Below, one piece after another: positions 16,441 to 27,426 of a stretch of 64,000 nucleotides of DNA. The stretch's first letter is position 1. Every line of letters starts with the position of its first letter. The position numbers were made by a program, and so were the translations under genes. The notes beneath the pieces were generated by a model. That model was not told the origin of the DNA and did not search any database. It was given only the letters and a program-made list of their open reading frames with translations. Source of the DNA: Entomortierella parvispora E1425 (Eukaryota; Fungi; Mortierellomycota); NCBI GenBank assembly GCA_020891255.1, contig BQFW01000015.1, positions 1,798,001 through 1,862,000 on the forward strand. Reading direction: 5' to 3'.

Positions 16441-17296
16441 ATGACTATTCCACACACGTTTCCCGTCTCTGGCGCCAGCGGCGTTACATCGTATTTTGAT
16501 CTTGTCAAACCCATATCGATCCCTGGCACAGCATCAGCTGCTCTTGATCCATCGACTTCTGGGATCTTTCTTGATAGGGATCCCAATGACGTCTCCCCTC
16601 TTCCTGAACATCTTCAGTCATTCCATGGCACAGGCATCAGCGATGCTCGACTGAAGCAGTTCAATTGGCTCCACCCCAAGAACTACAGCGGCGATGGATC
16701 CCTCGCTGATGATTACACTCTCTCACCCTATGGTACAAGCGTCTCCTCTCCTCGAGGCGATGAATGGGAGATTGTCGATCCTGGTAAGGTTCCAAGTTCT
16801 AACACTGCCTTGCATGTGGGCTTGTTTTTTGTTTTTGTTTTGTTTTTGTAATTGATTTGGTGGCGTGAACTCTTTGCTCCTTCGGAGATCTGACGCTTTT
16901 GGTGACGACCGTGCATGTGCAGGCCCTAGAAAGAGTATCGACCAATTGTGGGACGAAGTCTTTGAATACCAACAACGGATCAAGCTGTTAGAACGGTCCA
17001 GTCAAGCGCAACACCAGCCCCACCATCAGTTGGTGCATAGTCCTGAAGCGATGGTGGATGAATGCATGGCACCGTTTGGAGTGCACAGCAATTATTGCTC
17101 TCCCTTGCCCATGCCAAACATCGGTACTACTACAGCAGCATCCATCGCGCCGGCCGCCAAACGTTTCTGCTCTTCTGTTGCAACAACAACAGCTGCCGTT
17201 GCACTGACTTTTATTGACAAGAGTCAAGCCTACGCATCACGAAAAGGTTACAGATCAGATCGGGGGTCGGCCTTGAGGTTGCTTCAGTCACTCTGA
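16441..17296 (+). CDS. Hypothetical protein, 238 aa (exons 16441-16783, 16923-17296)
   Basis: TATA box upstream; donor GTAAGG at 16784; branch-like CTGAC at 16890; TGCAG acceptor at 16922 joins two ORFs in frame. No family recognised. Confidence 0.65.
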
Positions 17297-17719
17297 GCCT
17301 CACCGAAAAATCTCTTTCCTGACTTTCGACGTTGCTTGATGGTCAATTCCACGCTGCAGGTTCAGCATTCACTATGTACATACACTTCAACCTCATAATA
17401 TCACTACTTGCTCCTTGCCAGAAAATAAAGCTTCACAATGATCCTAATATCCGTCCGTTTGCATAGCTTTTCAGAAATATTTTGCAATGATGTGAAAGTC
17501 TTATTATGTATGTACAAGTAGTAAAACGGTGCCGGTCCCGAGAGTCAAAGGGGGTTCGATGACAGAAAAAAAACAGGAAAGAGTCAGCGGCTCAACAATA
17601 TAGGGGTGAGAGACTTGTTCTTCCTGTTCTTGATCAATTGATCAATCCCTATTGTTTCTTGGATCCTATGCTGTGATGCTCAATGTCCCTCCTGACCTCG
17701 AGATGTCTAGTGTTTTTTT

Positions 17720-18262
17720 TTACTGCTCCTTCTTGGTGCTCTCCTCTTTCTCGATGACTTGACGCTTATCCCGGCCGATCTTGTAGGTCCAGTTGTAGAG
17801 ACCACGGGCGAGAGAGAGGGCACCGGCCAACAACAATCCTTGCTCCATCATGACGGAGAGGGGCATCAACTCTGCAACCTTGGCCGCGGCGAGCTCGTTG
17901 TAGACGGGGAACGAGTAGAGGACACCGAGCATCAAAGCATCCTTGGTGACCATAACCAAGGAGAAGACCATGAACATGTACGAGAAGGGCTCAAAGACAT
18001 CGTCAATGAAGGCAAAGGAGAATGCAGTCGACTCGAGGATGGCAAGGGCCATGACGCGGATAATGTCTACAGCCAAGTGGGCGGCATAGAGCATCAGGGC
18101 CGACTCGGATGAAGCCTTGAAGGTGTCCATGTAGGAAGAAGGATGAGCCTCGGTCGCGATCAGGTCGGCATCGGGAAAGTGGCGGTTGAAAGCGACGGTG
18201 GCACCGTAGACGGCAAGAACGCCGAGAAAGAAGTCCTGGTTGACAAAGGTAGCGCGGGGCAT
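17720..18262 (-). CDS. Hypothetical multi-pass membrane protein, 180 aa, intronless
   Basis: ORF from MPRATFVNQD with about 4 hydrophobic segments, strongly C-ending codons and a charged tail. No family recognised. Confidence 0.75.
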   Translation of the reverse strand: MPRATFVNQDFFLGVLAVYGATVAFNRHFPDADLIATEAHPSSYMDTFKASSESALMLYAAHLAVDIIRVMALAILESTAFSFAFIDDVFEPFSYMFMVFSLVMVTKDALMLGVLYSFPVYNELAAAKVAELMPLSVMMEQGLLLAGALSLARGLYNWTYKIGRDKRQVIEKEESTKKEQ

Positions 18263-19916
18263 GGTGCGATTAGGGGGGCAGAGGGGATGATGATGATGAA
18301 AGAAGGAAGAAGAAAAGGAAGAAAAGGAAGATAGGGGGGGACGGGCCTCTTTTCTGCGATTTGCGATTGTGCGGAGCACCCAATGACACGAAGCCACCGC
18401 GAGTGGAATCTGTTTTTAAATTTTATCTTTTGAAATTTGAACGTGGGGGTTTTTCCTCGAATAGTTTGCTGTGATTTTTTATCTCGAGTAAACTAGTCGA
18501 GGTGACTGCGCTGGTGTCCCCCACGAGAGACCGTGGCCGTGGCGTGTGGGTCCGATGAGGGGTGTCATGGGCGTGAATGGATGTATTCGTTCGCCTCTCT
18601 GTCGTCCTTTCGTTTTCTTCATCCCCCTCCCCTCTCTTCCTCTTCATCCTGACTTCACTGACGCCCCATTCGTCTTTCATCTCTTCCACCTTCTCTCGCT
18701 TCCATTCATGCCTCTCTTTCACTGACGTCGTTTCTGAGTTCAACCTTCCTTCATTCTCTCTCATTCCCCGACTTGACCTCCCGCTGTTCATGCAGTGTCC
18801 GCTTCATTCAATTGACCCGATCACCATTTACATTCCTTCACTTCCTTCCCTTTCTCCCCAGTCACCGTCTATCTTCTTCCCAAGAAGCCAGTCGAGCTTC
18901 CTCTCCCCTCAAGACGACTCTCTGTAAGTCTCCACGCTCACGTTTGTCCCCACCCTCACGACACACGACACACGACCAGAAAAAAAAACTTTGCACACGA
19001 CCCTTCACACTTTCGTCCAAGACAGGCTTCGTGCCCGGTGAGCACGATCTTTTCCTTTGACTGCAGCAGCAATCGGATCAAGAGCACCAGGATCAGATAA
19101 TCGTGGAGACCAGGGTACCAGGGTACATCATGCTGGTGACTGGAGTAGCCCGACCCGTACCGCGACTTTGACGAAGCACCACTGGCTCTGAGAAACACGC
19201 CACTTGACTCGCTGTGCAAGTTTCATACGACGACGTCTGTCGCAATCGAGAGCCAGCACCAAAAAAAAAACGGGATTCTGCAGTGCCATTTTAGAGAGCA
19301 CGGACACCCCCAATCTTCCTTTCTCCCTTTGCTGCATCGTCGATGCATGCGATATGCAATGACTGACTGGCAGGCTGGCGGGCTGGCGGGCTGGCAGCCA
19401 GAACGGAAGACCCCCTTATTGCTCTGCTCTTCGTCTTCGTTCCGTGACCACCACTGCACACCCCTCCTGCTCCTTTTCTTTTCTACTGGTCGAGAACAAA
19501 AGAAGCCTGTCGCGTTCTGTGCATTTGTCCATCTGTCAACTTGTGTCAACAACCACGACGATATCACCATCCTGTCCACATGCTCTGATCACCTCTTTCA
19601 TTTTTTTTTCTCTTTTGACCCCTGTGTGTGTGTCTGCGTGTTTGTGTGTGTGCTCGTTCCTTTTGCCATTCGAACCTCTCAGACCGCTGCGTTTGACCAT
19701 TGCTAACCTCTCCCTATTTCTTGTCCTGATCCATCCTTCCTTGTTCACTTGACCGGCGCACCAAATTGTTCCAGTTCGACAACAACACACTGCGGATTGT
19801 CACCTTTTACGCCACGCACAGCCTTTCCATAGCCACCCACCTTGGAGATCCCCTCCAGACCCGACTCCTTTTAGACGCCTGATCTTGACAGTGGCGATAG
19901 TCAAACTGCAATCGCC

Positions 19917-22900
19917 ATGGGCTTTTTCTATGGCTTTTTGTGTGGCCTGTTGTTTATACCCTTTAGCGTCCTAGCTGGCGTTTATTATTTCTTCAATTAC
20001 TCTGAATCCTATGCAGAGCGGCGCCAGGAAAAGCTCGAGGAGCAGGCTCTTCTGGAGCGGGAAGAAGAACTCGATCTGGATGATATGCCGTCCAGTCTAT
20101 ATGCATCTTATCTTGGACAGCGTCATGGTGGCAGTCCCAATGCCGGCAATGGATTACCCGGATCGGGGCTAGTACCAGAACACCTAGATCCACAGTATCA
20201 ATTCGCGGGCTGGATCTCTGTCAAGCGAATCCCCGAAGTTGACCATCGTATTATCGAGCCCACGGTCAAGAAGGAAAAGAAGCACACGACCAAGAATGGC
20301 CACTCTGGAAACCGAAAGGGATCACACACGATAGGAGGGCCGTTGGACGAAGCAGGGCTTGGAACAGGCGTTGCTGGGTCCATGGGTGCAGGAGCGGCTC
20401 TGCAGGATCCCAGGTTCACCTATCTGGACACACAAAACCCCCACTTGAGTCTACCGCCCTGTCTCCAAGCACGTTTCAAGGACTCAAAATACGGCGTGGT
20501 CAAAGGAGCGACCATGTTTATCTACGAAAACGAATTGATGCAGGAGTGTCTCGGAGTAATCACTTTGCCCAATTACCAGATCTCGGTTCCAGGCCAACAA
20601 AAGGACAGCCACGTCTTCTCAAAGAGACATCCTATTTGGCTCAAATACAGCCCCAGTTCGACCCATAGTAGGCGACCTACCGCAGAATCGGACTCAAGTC
20701 TCTCCGCCAAGGACTACTACTTGTCGATGGTCAGTTGCGTGGATAAGGAGGACCTCTACTTCACCCTTCTTCGTTGTGCAAAGCTAAAGACCCATTCTCG
20801 GTCATTTCTGCGCGAAATTCCAAAGAGGGTTAGTACTAAAGCTAGTGGCGGCATGCATGAGATGAACTGCAAGGAATTTTATGCGTTAATTATGATGAGC
20901 CTACTAACGGTGGAATGGCCATCTTTCTATTTTTCAAATATAAGGACTCTACTCTTTTTGACAAATCAGCAATGAATACACTGATCCGTACTATCCATTC
21001 GAACGAACATCAGTTCCAGGCAGCATGGCTGAATGCACTCCTAGGACGTATCTTCTTGGGCGTGTACAAGACCCCTCAGATCAAGGACATGGTCTTTCAA
21101 AAGATGGTGGACAAGCTCTCGCGAGTGCGACTGCCCAACTTTCTGAACGATATGCGGATGAAGTCTGTACACCTCGGAGACGGCGTTCCACTCATCACCC
21201 GACCCAAGCTACTGACCCTCAAGCCGAACGGGGACATGATCATGGACCTGAGTCTGCTTTACCAAGGAGGATTCAGGGCTGAGGTGGAGGCTGAAGCAGT
21301 GGTGACAGTAACGAAGAAGATCCAACCAATTAAGGTGTCGCTGGTACTGGTGATGACGTTGATCAAGCTGGAGGGGCGTGTACAGGTCTGGATCAAGCCT
21401 CCTCCTTGCAACAGAATCTGGTACGGCTTTTACCATAAGCCGCACGTGGAGATGAAGATCGAGCCCGTCGTCTCGGACAAGCACATCACCTCCAACCTGA
21501 TCATCAAAGCAATCGAAAACAAGATGCTGGAGGCCATTGCCGAGACCATGGTGCTGCCCAACATGGACGATATTCCATTTTCAGATACGAATGGTGTGGG
21601 CGGTATCTTTGGAGAGGATATTCCACCTGGAGGCGAGGCTGCTGCCGCACAACGCGGAGCAGCTAAAGCGCTACCAAAACGATCCCACAGCCCAGGAGCT
21701 CGCTCAGCAACCATCGATGTCTCGGATCCAATCTATAATAGTCCTCGAACTGCTATCGAGATCCCTCATGAGCTTCGACATCGAGCCGACACCATGTACA
21801 TGTCCACGCCCCTGTACCAGAACCCAAGCGGAGCTCGATCGCATGCTTCCTTGGGAGATGAGCTCATGCAGACAAACTACACGTACGACAGTCAAAACAG
21901 AAGAGTGGGCTCGCCAGAGGAGGACCCGATGCGTGAGAGCGGATCGCCTGAAGCTTCTCGGATAGACCCCATGTCTGAATCACCCGAAGCTCTTCCATCT
22001 ACCCGAACACTGCGGGTGCCAGGAGGATGCGGCATTGTTTTGGACCGAGACATTGGCTCGCCCAATACAGGATACGAATCTGGAGGGAGCAGCAATACGG
22101 GAAATAGTACTGCCAGCCGACTCTTGAACCGGAAAGCTGCCGCCAATCAAAAGAATTCAGCGCGCCACAATCGACGAGGATCTCTCGATCCCGGGTTGCC
22201 TTCGTCTTATACAACCGGCTCATCCCTTCCGACCTCGTCCACCATGCCGTTCCAGCCCCAGGGAATGGGGAATGTCAGGACAATGGAGGAACACTGGTCA
22301 CATTACGGCATCCATGAATATGAGCCTTCGCCACCCGAAGGAGGAAAGGGACTGACCAACAAAGAAAAGAAGAAGCTCAAACACAACAAGAATAGTGAAA
22401 GGAACGCTTCGGAGGGCGACAAGGTCTCTGTGCATTCCAAGGACTCTGGCGACACTGGCTCGACTCACACCGGCGCCACTCGCTGGACAGACAACTCGGG
22501 ACAAACACTGCTGGGGGTCAGCAGCAGCCAGTCGACTTTGGACGCCTCTGGAAACTCGATTTATTCACCGTCGGGAAAGTCGGACAAGTTTTCACTGAGC
22601 AAAATGTTTCATGGATTCCGCAAAAAACACACCAAAGGATCTCACTCTGGATCGTCCTTTCAGCTGCCCAACAACAATTCAATGGATGCGCTTGGTCAAT
22701 ATGGACTCGGCGGAGATGACAATGGATCGATCGTTATGGAAGAGGACGAGGATCGACAAATAGCCGACGGCATGCCGTTCCATAGCGACCCTCATTCTTC
22801 GAACAATGGTGAGCCAGGGGATCTCTCAAACGCCTATTTGCCTCAATTCAGACAAAAGTTTGAATCAACTCCCAACTTGTCATCTGCGGCCTTTACCGCT

Positions 22901-24828
22901 GAGCCGGAGATGGGTGCGGTCGCGCAGGATGGATCGGGATTGCTGGGCTACGAGGAATACGAGCTTATGCCTGAGAGACGTGAGGGATCGCCGGTGCCAT
23001 CGGTTTACGCGTCCAGTTTGTTTGGAGATGACCCTCAGGACCAAGTCAACAGCGGAAGCAGCAATAATGGAAACAGCAACAACAAGTCGCCCACCACCCC
23101 CCAAAACCACCATCATCACCTTTTGAACATCAGTCCCAAGTTTGGTACGGCTCTTCGGAAGCTTCGCAACAGAACCCATGGCGGCAGTGCGTCCTCTAAA
23201 GAGGAACTTCAGATACCGTCGGGCGATTTGCATGAGGCACTTCGATTGCGTCCGCAGCAACAGGCGGAGCCAGCGAAACAGGCAGCCCCACTAGAGAATG
23301 GATCTCAGTATAGCTTGTACCCGAACGGAACCCAGGGTGCAAAAGAGTATGAACCCTCGCTGCTGATGAACGGTGCAGGGCAAAAGCTACCTCACTCGTC
23401 ATCTCTCCCCTTTCTGACTGGCAGGATTCAAAGTCAGGAGGACGAGCAGTTTCCGAATGGTATGTTGCCGGGACCGTTTGTTCCTGCAAACTCTCGCAAC
23501 ACCATTGAACCTGCACATGATCCTGTGGACCCTAGCCAGCCAGGGATTGTACGTACTTTCCACATAGCACCTCAGATTGTGTTGCAGAAACCATCTCCAC
23601 ATTTGAACCACACCGATGCAGACTTTTTCCCCCAGGCCGCAGAGGGGAGGTCAAGTCAGGATGATCTATCTCGAGGTAAGAAGTGTGACCATGCATGCTG
23701 TCATTCGTATATTCATGACATGAAAGGATGAAGACGCCTATGAAGGAGAAGATCAAAGAAGACACCATGGATCTGAAATTTTTATTACCACTTTCGTCCA
23801 TTTGATCTGCAGAGGACAGACGGCCACAGTTACAGCAGTACATTCCCGAAAGACAGCCGTTGCGTCAACAACCACATCCGACCTCTAACATGAGGGTTGA
23901 CCGTCATCTCGTAGAAAATGGAGTATCACCGAATGGATCCGCATCCGGTCTTATGAGAACGCCAAGCCGTCCCCGAAGACATTCGATCAACCACCCGCCC
24001 TCACTGGCAGGCACGCCCAACCCCGGCAACGGTGCTGGTAGCAACAACGGAGGGGGGAACGGTCTTCATTTCCCTCATTTTCATTTCCACGGTCTGGGTG
24101 TGTCTCCGGCGTCTCCTTTGCGACGAGAGTTTTCGAGGAATGAAGACGATCCCTACGTCAGTACAGCGTCCCCCGAGCACTCTCTTGGGATCGCTCAATT
24201 CCCTCAGGCGCCCATGGCCCCGTCTCCATTGCCATCGCCATCGTTTTTTCGATCACGGTCACCGTCCAGTCCTCCCGCGCCGGGTCCACCTCCGTTGTCT
24301 TTATTGACAAACCCGGTACCTTCCTCGTTTGCGACTACCGAGGCGAGCAGTCGAGGCAGCAGTGCAGGTGGCAGGTCTCGAGACAACAGTGATTCATTCT
24401 CGTTGGCCTCGACAGCGTCCTCCTCCTTGTCGATCTCTGGCTATGCAAGTGGGAGCGGTCGAGAATCTTCCTCCTCAGCGGCGACCACGCCGACGAATGG
24501 ACAGCATCACTCGAGCACCTTCCGGAATATCTTGTCAAACTTGAAGCACAAAAAGAAGGACAAAGGATCAGCCGCGACCTCTCCTTCTTCACAATCGTCT
24601 TCAATTTTGCCCACCCCACCAACCCATCCACACGAGCATGTCTATCAAGAGCATCCTTCGACCCAGATCCCGGACAACACTGTCCTTACCATGGAGTCCC
24701 GGATGCTGCAGGAGGCTCGAGCACAAGAAATGCGGCAACAAGAGCAACAGCAGCAACAACAGCAACAACAACAACTACAGCTGAATTTTGACCATCCTAT
24801 TGAACAGGTGCAACAACAGTTACCATAA
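19917..24828 (+). CDS. Nvj2/TEX2-like membrane-contact-site protein: N-terminal TM, PH-like domain, SMP domain, long disordered tail (exons 19917-20828, 20945-23675, 23813-24828; 1552 aa)
   Basis: N-terminal hydrophobic MGFFYGFLCGLLFIP; PH-like KYGVVKGATMFIYENE and DKEDLYFTL; SMP signature AAWLNALLGRIF...KPPPCNRIWYGFY...ETMVLPNMDDIPF. Confidence 0.88.
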
Positions 24829-25088
24829 CAGCAACAACCATCGCAAGACGATCCATGCGAGTTTTTTTCCCCTACACTCGCCTTGAAGGCTGAATGCCCT
24901 TCATGGACACCAATACATATACTGATCGCTGCTGCTACCCTTAGATATCACCTTTTTTTAAACAAAAAACTTGTATCATACCCCATCGAATAAAAACGTT
25001 TTGTAGTGCTCTCCATCATCATCGATCTTTTGTGCAGGCCACCCATTGATTTCATCCGCACATTGATTTCACTAGAAATGCATTGTTT

Positions 25089-27080
25089 TTATTCCTCGGA
25101 ACTGCTATTGCTAAAATTGCTTTTGGCGTTTTGATTTGAGGGTGCCTTGGACAAGATGTTTCGACGCGTCTTCTTGAAGGCCAATGCCTCTTCCATCTCT
25201 TCCTGTTCACGCTGCTGTTTACGTTCCAACGCGTCATTCTCCTTAGCCTTTTCCTTCTCGACAATCTGGCGCAAGAGTGTCGTCACCTTGACAATGTTCT
25301 TCTTGTACTTTGCCGAGACGGGCACGATCTGGATCGAGGCTGCAGAGGCCAGAGCGGCCGAGTCTGCCTTGGAGACGCCAGCCCGTTGATCAGCCTCTGA
25401 AGCGGCCACACGACGACGGGCCCATTCCTCATGGACCAGTTTTGAAAACAGAGTCAAATTCTTGGGCGCCACCTCGGTCACATCGGCCTTGTTGGCAATG
25501 ATCATGGAGGGTCTTCGGGTCAAGCCTGGTTGATAGGCCTCCAGTTCATCCAGAAGTGTCTTCCAATCCTCAAACGGCTGACTGTACTCGGCGTTGACGG
25601 TGGTGGTGGGGTCCACTTCTTGTTTTTGGCTCTCTTGTTCCTCAAAGTCCTCATCGGGCGTCCAGTCGTCAACTCCCTTGACTTGTCTCTTGACGCCAAA
25701 TTCGGCCGCGATATCAATCACATAGACCAGCACCTTGGATCGCTCCACATGTCTCAAGAACGAATGACCCAACCCCACGTTCCGATGGGCACCTCGGATC
25801 AATCCTGGAATATCCGCCACCTTGACCTGATAAGAATCCGAAAAGTCGACCGTTCCAATGTAAGGGTTCAGGGTCGTGAATGGATAAGGTGCAATGGCCG
25901 GATGGGCATTGGAAACTGCCTGCAAAAAAGTCGACTTTCCAGCATTGGGCAAGCCCACCAGACCTGCATCTGCGATCGTCTTGAGCTCCAAGGTCAACCA
26001 ACGGGTCTGGCCCTCCCGTCCACGGGTTGCGTATTTGGGGGCTCGGTTCTGGGTCGTCAAGAAATGAGGGTTACCATAACCACCTCCACCCCCGCGGCCG
26101 ACCAAGAATTGAGTCTTGTCGTCTGTAAACTCGTTCACGTCCAAGAGCAAGGGTTTTTGACTCATGGCGGCCCGTCGGGCTTCCACGATCCGATCCTCTT
26201 CTGCGACCCAGGCCTGAGCTTCCTCAAAATAGTTGACCTTGCCCTCTGGCAGGGCCGTGAGCGAGTTGGCGAGACGAGGGTAAAGGACCCAGCGCTTGGA
26301 CATTTCCCGATCCTTGGCCTCGGTCTCTCCCAACTCGAGCGACTTGTGAAACGCCCCAACTTCCTGTCCTCCTTCGCCTTCGCCGAGTTCTTCCTCCAGA
26401 TCTGCCTTTTCTTTTTCGGGCGAGGGGACCTCACGGATAATGGTGCCCATAGGAATCTTGATGATGAGATCCTTGCCAGCATGTCCATGCATCAAGGATC
26501 CTTTGCCGTGAACACCACGGGGTGCGGACGCGGTGTGGGGGATGTGTTGCAAAGAGGTTTCGTTCGAGGACGCTTCAAAAATGACATTGCCGCCTCGACC
26601 TCCGTTTCCGCCGTTGGGTTGTCCAAAAGCAACAAACTTTTCGCGATGGAAGGACACACAGCCATCGCCTCCTTGTCCTCCCGAGACTTTGATCCTGCAA
26701 AAGTCTACAAAGTTCCTTCCCTTTTTTGGCATGGAAAGAACAGATAGAAAGACAACATTAGGACATTGGATCAAGCGAGAAAAACGCGTCTGGAACCAGG
26801 GACAGGTGATCTGGGAGTAGCCTACCTTGGCTCTTAGTTTCCATTCTACACCTTTGGCCCTTCCTCTGGGCTCTGCTGTATAATCGGGCAGACCGTCAAT
26901 GGTTCGTTCCCAACCATCGACCACACGGGGGGTATTATCGTCGCTGTCCTGTGCCCGTGCGACCCATGAGCCCGAGTGGAACGAACGTCCTAATGACGTT
27001 GTGCAAGTATAGAATGAGGTCTTTCGGATCGAATGGTCGCGGGATCCCTGTACGACATGGCCAACCAGGATCTTGTACAT
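25089..27080 (-). CDS. MTG2: Mitochondrial Obg/CgtA-family GTPase (663 aa unspliced; 628 aa if the probable intron 26825-26721 is removed)
   Basis: Gly-rich Obg fold GGQGGDG...GGNGGRGG; G1 GLPNAGKST, G2 YPFTTLNP, G3 DIPG, G4 NKAD, G5 VSAK; Arg/Ser-rich N-terminus. Confidence 0.92.
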   Translation of the reverse strand: MYKILVGHVVQGSRDHSIRKTSFYTCTTSLGRSFHSGSWVARAQDSDDNTPRVVDGWERTIDGLPDYTAEPRGRAKGVEWKLRAKVGYSQITCPWFQTRFSRLIQCPNVVFLSVLSMPKKGRNFVDFCRIKVSGGQGGDGCVSFHREKFVAFGQPNGGNGGRGGNVIFEASSNETSLQHIPHTASAPRGVHGKGSLMHGHAGKDLIIKIPMGTIIREVPSPEKEKADLEEELGEGEGGQEVGAFHKSLELGETEAKDREMSKRWVLYPRLANSLTALPEGKVNYFEEAQAWVAEEDRIVEARRAAMSQKPLLLDVNEFTDDKTQFLVGRGGGGGYGNPHFLTTQNRAPKYATRGREGQTRWLTLELKTIADAGLVGLPNAGKSTFLQAVSNAHPAIAPYPFTTLNPYIGTVDFSDSYQVKVADIPGLIRGAHRNVGLGHSFLRHVERSKVLVYVIDIAAEFGVKRQVKGVDDWTPDEDFEEQESQKQEVDPTTTVNAEYSQPFEDWKTLLDELEAYQPGLTRRPSMIIANKADVTEVAPKNLTLFSKLVHEEWARRRVAASEADQRAGVSKADSAALASAASIQIVPVSAKYKKNIVKVTTLLRQIVEKEKAKENDALERKQQREQEEMEEALAFKKTRRNILSKAPSNQNAKSNFSNSSSEE

Positions 27081-27426
27081 TGCAAATACACTGACAATGA
27101 AGGTGAAAAGGTAGGAATGAGGAACTTTTTTTTCAGTCCCTTCCCTGCTTCCTTTTCTGTGCGTTCAAATAGACCGTCACAAAGGTCCGCTCGTACGTTT
27201 TCTCACTCTTGAATTTTATTATTTGATTCTTTGAAAGGTGGCCCTTTGGTCTCTAACGGGGACACAGTCAGCCGACTATCTACAGGCCATGACCTCAATA
27301 GGTGTAATTAGCATCAAGAGTGGAAAACGTGTTCTTTTTGTGCTTTCGTACAAAAAAAAAAAAAAAAATAGAAAAAGAAAAAAAAATCCAAAAAAAAAAA
27401 AAAATCCTATTCCTCAGGAACGGGCA

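Noticed and set aside
25530-26747. 405-aa ORF antisense to MTG2, and similar antisense ORFs over DHH1, DIM1, RTA1-like and GDSL
   Set aside because: Expected shadow ORFs of codon-biased genes, with no independent motifs.
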